From Bacteroidia bacterium (lineage in GTDB: Bacteria; Bacteroidota; Bacteroidia; M30B66), in the NCBI GenBank assembly GCA_965279035.1, contig OZ257142.1:672001-736000 (forward strand): 64,000 nt of DNA. The letters are read 5' to 3'. Positions 8,865-16,387 of this stretch are shown here, piece after piece. The notes under the pieces are model-generated. The model was not told the origin of the DNA. It saw nothing but the letters and a program-made list of their open reading frames with translations, and ran no database searches. Position numbers and translations under genes: made by a program. Position 1 is the first letter of the stretch; each line of letters begins with the position of its first letter.

Positions 8865-10337
8865 GTGAAACAAAAACATGTCATTATAGTCGGTTCGGGC
8901 ATTGCGGGTTTAGCGGCAGCTATTCGATTGGTGTGTAAAGGTTTTGCTGTTCAGGTTTTCGAAAAAAATAGCTATCCCGGAGGAAAACTCACCGAATTTA
9001 AACAAAAGGGTTTTCGCTTTGATGCTGGACCATCTTTGTTCACTTTACCTCAACAAGTCGACGAACTTTTCAAATTAGCCGGTGAAAATCCACGAGCACA
9101 TTTCAATTACCAACGTTTACCAATTACTTGTCACTATTTCTGGAATGATGGCACTTTCCTTCCCGCTCCAGGAAATGAATCGGATTTTGCTGCCGAAGTT
9201 GAAAAAACACTGCATGTTCAAGCAAAACGGGTAAAAGATTATCTGGCAAAAAGTCAATTTATCTACGAAACAACCGCCCCTGTTTTTCTACATCGCTCGC
9301 TTCATATTGCCCGTAATTTCTTCAACCTAGAAACACTGAAAGGAATTTTTCGCATGCCCAGCTTGGGTATTTTTTCCAATCTGCATCGCGATAATGTCAA
9401 GCAACTGGGCGATCCAAAATTGGTTCAATTGTTCGATCGTTACGCTACATATAATGGTTCTGATCCATATCAAGCACCAGGAGTATTGCAAAGTATTCCG
9501 CACCTCGAATTTGGTCAAGGTGCTTGGTTTCCCGATGGCGGAATGCATAGTATTACCAGTTCTTTGGTTGCATTAGCTAAACGTAAAGGAGTTCAATTCG
9601 TGTTCGAAAAAGAAGTGGACGAAATTGTCGTTTCCCAACATCAAGTGAGCGGAATACGTTGTGGGAGTGAAACATATAATTCCGATTTGGTAGTTTGCAA
9701 TAGCGATGTCGTGCCCGCTTACCGAAAGTTATTGGCAAGTCAACAAGCACCAGAAAAAACGCTTTCCCAGCCTAGATCAAGTTCGGCACTTATCTTCTAT
9801 TGGGGAATCAAGCAGGTGTTTTCGCAACTCAACATGCACAACATCTTCTTTTCGAATAATTATGAAGAAGAGTTCCGGCTCATTTTCGAAGGCAAACGAA
9901 TCAGTTCGGACCCAACCATTTACGTCAATCTCACCAGTAATTATTTACCTAGCGATGCGCCAGATGGTTGTCAAAACTGGTTTGTCATGATTAACGTTCC
10001 CGGAAATACCGGACAAAACTGGAATCAACTCATTGCACAAGCACGAAAGGATATTCTTATCAAACTCAGTCGCCGCTTGGATACTCATATCGAATCTTTG
10101 ATTCAATGTGAGAGCATTTTGGATCCGCGAAGCATTGAGCAAAAAACCTCTTCCTTTCAAGGTTCTTTGTATGGAAGCAGTTCAAATAATCGCTATGCTG
10201 CATTTTTGCGCCAAGCGAATCGTTCTTCCAAGATCAGCAATCTCTATTTTTGCGGTGGAAGTGTTCATCCTGGTGGTGGTATTCCTCTGTGTTTGCAATC
10301 GGCACGCATTGTTTCCGACCTCATTTCTCCCGCATGA
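8865..10337 (+). CDS. crtD: 1-hydroxycarotenoid 3,4-desaturase (CrtI/CrtD family)
   Basis: GSGIAG, FRFDAGPSLFT, RYATYNGS, C-terminal LYFCGGSVHPGGGIPLCL typical of Bacteroidota CrtD; adjacent to a cruF-like gene. Confidence 0.8.
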   Translation: MKQKHVIIVGSGIAGLAAAIRLVCKGFAVQVFEKNSYPGGKLTEFKQKGFRFDAGPSLFTLPQQVDELFKLAGENPRAHFNYQRLPITCHYFWNDGTFLPAPGNESDFAAEVEKTLHVQAKRVKDYLAKSQFIYETTAPVFLHRSLHIARNFFNLETLKGIFRMPSLGIFSNLHRDNVKQLGDPKLVQLFDRYATYNGSDPYQAPGVLQSIPHLEFGQGAWFPDGGMHSITSSLVALAKRKGVQFVFEKEVDEIVVSQHQVSGIRCGSETYNSDLVVCNSDVVPAYRKLLASQQAPEKTLSQPRSSSALIFYWGIKQVFSQLNMHNIFFSNNYEEEFRLIFEGKRISSDPTIYVNLTSNYLPSDAPDGCQNWFVMINVPGNTGQNWNQLIAQARKDILIKLSRRLDTHIESLIQCESILDPRSIEQKTSSFQGSLYGSSSNNRYAAFLRQANRSSKISNLYFCGGSVHPGGGIPLCLQSARIVSDLISPA

Positions 10338-10981
10338 GTCCATTTGCTAAAAAGCTACCATTTTCTTTCACGCCCATGCATGGTGCTTATGTGCTCCTGC
10401 TTTTTTATGCGGTTGGCGTAGCTGGTATTGTCTCGCCTTGGAGTAGTCAATTTCGCTTTTTAACGCCCTATAATCTACTGTTATCAGCATTTGTTTTATT
10501 AGCATTTCACCGAAAATACGATTCTAAATTCTGGGGATTTTTATTTAGCTGCGTGGCTCTTGGTTTTGGATCCGAATGGCTTGGTGTTCATACCGCCTTG
10601 CTGTTTGGTCATTATAGTTATGGCTCGGTACTCGGATTTAAATTGGATAAAATACCTGTTGTAATAGGTTTAAATTGGTATTTACTCGCATACATAACAG
10701 TTGATTTAATTTCCCGTATTAAAATCCCCATTTGGTTGAAAGTTCTAATAGGAGCAGCATTCATGACTGGAATGGATTATCTAATTGAACCTGTCGCTAT
10801 TCGTTTGGGTTTTTGGTATTGGCATTCGGGAGTAATTCCAATGAGTAATTATGCAGGCTGGTTTCTTGTATCGCTTCCCTTGCAATGGATTGGACATAAA
10901 TACTATTCAGGAAACAATCCAGTTGCTCCTTGGTTATTTATCGCAATGCAATTCTTCTTCTTAACTTTACACTTTATCTGA
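10334..10981 (+). CDS. cruF: carotenoid 1,2-hydratase (CruF-type carotenoid biosynthesis membrane protein)
   Basis: E..GV.T..LFG.Y.YG..LG.K...IP..IG.NW and D..IEP.A....W.W....P..NY.GW motifs; likely start ATG 10334 overlaps the crtD stop (ATGA). Confidence 0.8.
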   Translation: MSPFAKKLPFSFTPMHGAYVLLLFYAVGVAGIVSPWSSQFRFLTPYNLLLSAFVLLAFHRKYDSKFWGFLFSCVALGFGSEWLGVHTALLFGHYSYGSVLGFKLDKIPVVIGLNWYLLAYITVDLISRIKIPIWLKVLIGAAFMTGMDYLIEPVAIRLGFWYWHSGVIPMSNYAGWFLVSLPLQWIGHKYYSGNNPVAPWLFIAMQFFFLTLHFI

Positions 10982-10984
10982 ACC

Positions 10985-11443
10985 ATGAATTGGCTTATTA
11001 ATGCGAGTATTATTATCGTTACGTTCTTCTTTATGGAGTTCATGGCTTGGGCTACGCACAAATATGTGATGCATGGTTTTTTGTGGATTTTACATCGTGA
11101 TCATCATGAACCACATTCAAATATTTTCGAACGTAACGATGCATTTTTCTTGATTTTCGCCATTCCTAGTTGGTTATGTATCATGTTTGGGATGATGAAT
11201 GGCAATGATTTTCGCTTATATATTGGAATTGGCATTGCGGTTTATGGTTTTACCTATTTTTTAGTGCATGAAGTATTTATTCACCAGCGTTTGAATTGGT
11301 TTAAACGTAGCGATAATTGGTATTTACGAGCGATTCGTAAAGCTCATAAAGTGCATCATAAAACCTTGGGAAAAGAGCATTCCGAATCGTTTGGGATGTT
11401 AGTAGTTGCCCGAAAATTTTTCAAAGAGCAACGTGCCCGATAA
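10985..11443 (+). CDS. crtZ: beta-carotene 3-hydroxylase
   Basis: ME..AW..HKYVMHG.LW.LH.DHH, FERND.F, HE.FIHQR, AHKVHH histidine boxes. Confidence 0.9.
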   Translation: MNWLINASIIIVTFFFMEFMAWATHKYVMHGFLWILHRDHHEPHSNIFERNDAFFLIFAIPSWLCIMFGMMNGNDFRLYIGIGIAVYGFTYFLVHEVFIHQRLNWFKRSDNWYLRAIRKAHKVHHKTLGKEHSESFGMLVVARKFFKEQRAR

Positions 11444-12146
11444 ATTCCTCTATCTCGCGCTCATGTTGGGCAGTCTAGCCTATCCGCTTGCTCAGAGTTT
11501 TGAGCGAAAAATTGAGTTATGGAAGAAATGGAAGCACCTATTTCCTGCTATTTTACTTACCGCTGGATTTTTTCTCATTTGGGATGAGTTTTTTACCCGC
11601 ATTGGGGTTTGGAGTTTTAGTCCGATTTACACATTAGGTATCAACATTGGCAGTCTTCCTCTCGAAGAATGGTTGTTCTTTATAATCGTTCCGTATTGCT
11701 GTTTTTTTGTGTATTTCGTAACGACTTATTTTTTCCGAAAAGATGTTTTAGGTCCGTATCAACGAATCATTGCAACAGGCGTAAGTTTGATTTTAATTTC
11801 AGCAGCCATTACATTCTACGATCGTTGGTACACAGCGTATACCTGTTCACTTCCAGCTTTATTACTCCTTTACCTCACATACGTAAAACGAGTTAAATAC
11901 CTCGGGAGATTTTTTGTAGGATATTTCTTTTGTCTTATTCCATTTTTAATTGTGAATGGTATACTCACTTCTAAACCGGTAGTGTTATATAACGATACTG
12001 AAAATTCAGGTGTTCGGATTTTTATTCAAGGAATTTCTAATATTCCCATCGAAGATCTCGCCTATTGCATGCTCTTGCTGCTTTTGAACGTTGCTTTGTA
12101 CGAGAGTTTTGCTAAACGAAATCAACGCGAGATTGATACCCGTTGA
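11433..12146 (+). CDS. crtY: lycopene cyclase, fused CrtYc/Yd-type membrane protein
   Basis: Two cyclase half-domains (WD..F...GVW.F...LPLEEWLFF and NG.LT..PVV.YN..E....IPIED..Y); probable GTG start 11433 overlaps the crtZ end. Confidence 0.8.
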   Translation: MPDKFLYLALMLGSLAYPLAQSFERKIELWKKWKHLFPAILLTAGFFLIWDEFFTRIGVWSFSPIYTLGINIGSLPLEEWLFFIIVPYCCFFVYFVTTYFFRKDVLGPYQRIIATGVSLILISAAITFYDRWYTAYTCSLPALLLLYLTYVKRVKYLGRFFVGYFFCLIPFLIVNGILTSKPVVLYNDTENSGVRIFIQGISNIPIEDLAYCMLLLLLNVALYESFAKRNQREIDTR

Positions 12147-12196
12147 TGGAAAATCAGAAAAATCCGTTATTTTTGGAATTCTAATGCTATTCTACC

Positions 12197-12763
12197 ATGC
12201 GTTTTATTCCCTACGCCCTTGCTATTTTGATTGCTGTTACTGCGTTTTCTTGCAAGAAACTCGATCAGTTGGTTAGTTTTAATCTAGACACGAAAGACAA
12301 AGTGTTTTGGGAAACAGCATATGATACCGTTTTAACCGACACCATTGTAGGAAATGAATTTGCATCCTTTATAAGTGATGAATATTCATTTAAAAACTAC
12401 AGCAAATTCGAAACGAATAAAACCACACCTCAAAACGTAGAACAGGTTGAGGCTTTTAATCTTACTGTAGGAATAGATTCGGGCGCTACCAGTTTTTCCT
12501 TTGCAGGTTCAATGTTGGTTTATCTTTTCTCTCCGAAAAATTTATTTAAAGAAATGAAGTTGATTGAAATTACTGATCCAGGTAAGCTTCTCGATCAATC
12601 ATTTTCAGTAGAAATGAAAATCACCAATGACGAATGGGTGAGCATCATTCAAAAAGAAAAATACCAGTTTAGAACTGAGTTTGAATTAGTAAGTCCAATG
12701 CCTGATTCAATTTATTTGGATTATGTGATGAATTTCCGTTTGAAAGCATTACCAAACGATTGA
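12197..12763 (+). CDS. hypothetical lipoprotein
   Basis: SPII lipobox AFS-C followed by KK; no recognised domain. Confidence 0.7.
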   Translation: MRFIPYALAILIAVTAFSCKKLDQLVSFNLDTKDKVFWETAYDTVLTDTIVGNEFASFISDEYSFKNYSKFETNKTTPQNVEQVEAFNLTVGIDSGATSFSFAGSMLVYLFSPKNLFKEMKLIEITDPGKLLDQSFSVEMKITNDEWVSIIQKEKYQFRTEFELVSPMPDSIYLDYVMNFRLKALPND

Positions 12764-12776
12764 GTCGAAAGCGAAA

Positions 12777-13721
12777 GTGCAAAACGATTCTGATCCATTA
12801 ATTTCTGTCATTGTACCCTGCTACAATTACGGACATTTGCTTCTGGAGACTTTAGAGAACTTAAGAGAACAATCGTATACAAATTGGGAGTGTATTATTG
12901 TTGACGATGGTTCAACCGACTCAAGTGCTGATGTTGCGAAAAGCATACTTAATGCTGACAATCGTTTTCAATACATTTACCAAAAAAATGCAGGATTATC
13001 GGCTGCAAGAAATACTGGAATTAAGCATTCAAAAGGAGCTTTTATTCAATTATTGGATGCAGATGATTTCATTGAATCTGAAAAATTTAAAAATCAATTA
13101 GCACAATTCCAAAACGACTCAAGCATTGGAATTGTATATTCTGAAGTGCGTTATTTCAGTTCAGAAGATCATCAATTACGCCGATTTACTATAACTGGAG
13201 ATGATTTACCCTGGATGAGTTTTGTTGATTCGAAAACTCCTGATTTATTATTAGAAAAATTGGTGCATTCGAATTTATTTGTAGTGAATGCTCCATTGAT
13301 TCGTAGAGAAATTATAGATCAGATTGGAGAATTCAATGTTGTTCTAAGATCGGTAGAAGATTGGGAATATTGGTGTCGATGCGCATTCAATAAAGTATGT
13401 TTTCATTTCGACTCAGGTTCCGGATCTATGGCATTGGTTCGAATTCATTCAAATAGCATGAGCAGAAGTTCAAAGCGAATGATGGAAGCCTCTTTAATTG
13501 TCAGGAAATTACTCGTTAAACTGATTCAAAATCAAGGTCTTGGTTCTAACACACTTTTCGAGTTGAATCGAAGTGAGCAAGCTTATTTGCATAGGTCATT
13601 GTATGAAATATACCGAACTGAAAAGAAATGGTTTCCTGCTTTTAAAAATCTAATTCAGTTTGGTAAAATCAAAAAGGAATTTCGATTTGTGGCCAAAGAA
13701 ATTGTTCGATTTAATTCATAA
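12777..13721 (+). CDS. family 2 glycosyltransferase
   Basis: ISVIVPCYN, VDDGSTD, N.GLSAARN.G, LDADD, EDWEYW.R motifs. Confidence 0.9.
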   Translation: MQNDSDPLISVIVPCYNYGHLLLETLENLREQSYTNWECIIVDDGSTDSSADVAKSILNADNRFQYIYQKNAGLSAARNTGIKHSKGAFIQLLDADDFIESEKFKNQLAQFQNDSSIGIVYSEVRYFSSEDHQLRRFTITGDDLPWMSFVDSKTPDLLLEKLVHSNLFVVNAPLIRREIIDQIGEFNVVLRSVEDWEYWCRCAFNKVCFHFDSGSGSMALVRIHSNSMSRSSKRMMEASLIVRKLLVKLIQNQGLGSNTLFELNRSEQAYLHRSLYEIYRTEKKWFPAFKNLIQFGKIKKEFRFVAKEIVRFNS

Positions 13722-13895
13722 AAACCAAAGATCAATCGCTTATTATCTGTAAAATTGATTCAAGTAGAATTGATTTGAATGGTTTCATCTTCAAATTTAA
13801 ATCAGATGAAAAACACGGATGTTTCTTACACAAAACGGCAAAACTTGTTCGCTTCAGAAAGTTTGGTTAATTTAGCCATCCAACAGAAAAAAAGC

Positions 13896-14267
13896 ATGAA
13901 AAAATACACTATAATTCTCATGTGCCTTTTCGGCATTTTTCAGTCGCAATTCATTCATGCTCAAGCCGTAGTTGATGAAAGCGCTGCCATTTCAACCACC
14001 CCGTTTTATCAAAAAATATCAGAAAATAAAAACCGAATGTTTTTTTCGGTTAATATGAATGAACTGCGCGAAAATCAACGTGCTGCTTTTGTTAATCAAC
14101 TTTACGCATCTAAAATATTAGTTGTTAACTCTCGAATTAATGAACAAGGTGTTCTTCAAATTTCGTGTTCTATAACGACTTCATTAGCTGAAGTTGATAA
14201 AGAAATCAATCGCATTAAAGAAGAAGTTACCAAAGTGTCGGTTGATGCAATCATCGAAAAATATTAA
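13896..14267 (+). CDS. small secreted hypothetical protein
   Basis: Probable start MKKYTIILM at 13896 with signal peptide IHA-Q; 28 nt upstream of the next T9SS gene. Confidence 0.65.
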   Translation: MKKYTIILMCLFGIFQSQFIHAQAVVDESAAISTTPFYQKISENKNRMFFSVNMNELRENQRAAFVNQLYASKILVVNSRINEQGVLQISCSITTSLAEVDKEINRIKEEVTKVSVDAIIEKY

Positions 14268-14295
14268 TCATTTCTCCAATTCATACTAACCCGAA

Positions 14296-16242
14296 ATGAA
14301 CAAACGCATTTTCATTCTCGTTGCCAATCTTTTGATATCAATCATTGGATTTTCTCAAACTCCTAACAATAGTTGTAGTAACGCATCTCCTTTTTGTACT
14401 GGAACTCAGTTTGATTTTCCTGCAGGAACTGGCACTCCTGATTCGGAAGTTGGACCTGATTATGGTTGTTTGGGTTCCGAACCCAACCCAGCTTGGTATT
14501 TCATGCAAATCGCTAATGCAGGAAATGTAATTGTGGATATTCTTGGTACGGTCGATGGCACTACACCTTCGAATGACATTGACTTTATTTGTTATGGTCC
14601 ATTTACTTCCTTATTGAATGTGTGTGATCAATTAACAGCTGCAAATACAGTTGATTGCAGTTATTCAGGTTCAGCTACCGAAACTGTAACTATTCCTAAT
14701 GGACAACCAGGTGAATACTACATGTTGCTTTTGACAAACTATTCAAATCAACCTTGTAATATTGTCTTCTCTCAAGGAAGTGGATCAGGATCAACTAGTT
14801 GTGGGCCATTTAACAACGGTCCATTATGCGCTGGGCAAGATCTTCAGCTATTAAGTTTTTTTAATGAAGCAGAAGTTACTTTCAATTGGTCTGGACCAAA
14901 CGGCTTTACGAGTAATGAACCAAATCCAATTATTCCAAACATTACGGAAGCTGATGGGGGTACTTACACACTTGTTACAACCAATTTAACCGATACAATT
15001 ACCGGAACAACCGTAGTTGAAATTTATCCATCACCCAATCCTTCTGGTTTCACAGCTATAGGTGATTCTTGTATAGGTGGAAGTTTAACATTCACTCCTG
15101 ATTCTGTTTTTTCAACAGGTATATACACTTGGACATTTTCGAACGGTCAGGTTCATACAGGAAACCCATATGTTTTAAATAATATAGATTCGTTTCTTGT
15201 TGATGGTGTAACGCTTACCTACGAATTGGATGGTTGTGTTTCTCCTCCGGTAACGATTCCAATTTCTGTATATCCATCACCAGAACCAGTCATTGTTGGT
15301 GATACACATACGTGTGCTCAAGAAATTGCCTCATTGAATTGTACTGAAAATTATAGTACGTATTTGTGGAGCGACAATTCAACAAACGCCATTTTATTTT
15401 CAAATCAAGGTACTTATACAGTTGAGGTAACCAATCAATATGGTTGTGATGGGACTTCAGAACCATTCATTATTACGAATTCAGATCCACAAGCTGATAT
15501 TTTAAACATCACACGTTTTTGCGAAGGTGATAGTATTGAAATTAACGGGGCGGGAAATTATGATCACTATTTATGGTATCCTACTCCATCAACTAGTACT
15601 ACGAGTATTGATTCTATTGGGACAACAGATAGTTTAATTTGGCATGGAGGATTGATTACTCTTCGTGTAACAGATAATTTTGGTTGTTCTGATTCATTGA
15701 ATGCGAATGTTCCTTTCACACCAAATCCGGTAGCTGCTTTTTCAAGAAATCCCACAGATTATGCTGTATTGATTAATACTCCAATTCAGATGAATGATGA
15801 ATCAGTCCCTGATACTTCTGATCAAATATTGCATTGGGATTGGACATTCGAACCTCCAATTTTTGAGACATCACAGCAGAATCCTCTCATCACATATCCA
15901 GATACTGGTTTACGCTACATAACATTAAGTATTACAACTGATTTAGGATGTACTGATACAGCCCAATCTGTTGTTTATATTGTAGATATTCCTTTTGTTC
16001 CTAATGCCTTTTCTCCTGGAGCAGATGGCTACAATGATTATCTGAAAATTCCTTTTCTAAATGGGTATCCAGGGAACAATGTTGTTATTTACAATCGTTG
16101 GGGTAAGAAAGTATACGAATCAACGAATTACAAAAACGATTGGGGTGGAGATGAATTACCTTCTGGTACTTATTTCTACGTAGTTACGGCTCCAACCTTA
16201 GAAAAAGACATTAAAGGATCTATCACGTTAATTCGAAATTGA
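14296..16242 (+). CDS. T9SS type B CTD (gliding motility-associated C-terminal domain) protein with Ig-like/PKD repeats
   Basis: Signal peptide, Cys-rich N-domain (YGCL..PNPAWY...DIDF..YGPF...DCSYS), C-terminal VPNAFSP..DG.ND...IYNRWG..VY....Y..DW.G...GTYFY. Confidence 0.88.
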   Translation: MNKRIFILVANLLISIIGFSQTPNNSCSNASPFCTGTQFDFPAGTGTPDSEVGPDYGCLGSEPNPAWYFMQIANAGNVIVDILGTVDGTTPSNDIDFICYGPFTSLLNVCDQLTAANTVDCSYSGSATETVTIPNGQPGEYYMLLLTNYSNQPCNIVFSQGSGSGSTSCGPFNNGPLCAGQDLQLLSFFNEAEVTFNWSGPNGFTSNEPNPIIPNITEADGGTYTLVTTNLTDTITGTTVVEIYPSPNPSGFTAIGDSCIGGSLTFTPDSVFSTGIYTWTFSNGQVHTGNPYVLNNIDSFLVDGVTLTYELDGCVSPPVTIPISVYPSPEPVIVGDTHTCAQEIASLNCTENYSTYLWSDNSTNAILFSNQGTYTVEVTNQYGCDGTSEPFIITNSDPQADILNITRFCEGDSIEINGAGNYDHYLWYPTPSTSTTSIDSIGTTDSLIWHGGLITLRVTDNFGCSDSLNANVPFTPNPVAAFSRNPTDYAVLINTPIQMNDESVPDTSDQILHWDWTFEPPIFETSQQNPLITYPDTGLRYITLSITTDLGCTDTAQSVVYIVDIPFVPNAFSPGADGYNDYLKIPFLNGYPGNNVVIYNRWGKKVYESTNYKNDWGGDELPSGTYFYVVTAPTLEKDIKGSITLIRN

Positions 16243-16255
16243 TCATTTAAATTTT

Positions 16256-16292
16256 AAAAGAGCGGTTTATATTTTATATAAGCCGCTTTTTT
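16256..16292 (+). terminator. intrinsic terminator
   Basis: AGCGGTTTATAT-TTT-ATATAAGCCGCT followed by a T run, directly after the 14296-16242 stop. Confidence 0.65.
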
Positions 16293-16387
16293 ATTTTGTA
16301 CTAGTCCATCATTATCAGCAAGATAGCATCGAGTTCGGCTGTGTTTGTTTTTTTAGTAATTTTCCATTCGCAAATCATTCTTTGGAA

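Noticed and set aside
8865-10337. Labelling the desaturase as crtI
   Set aside because: The C-terminal GGSVHPGGGIPLCL signature and cruF linkage fit CrtD better; this rests on recalled motifs, not a tree.
12777-13721. GT2 as a carotenoid glycosyltransferase
   Set aside because: It looks like a soluble polysaccharide-type GT2 with no flanking TM helices; proximity is the only support.
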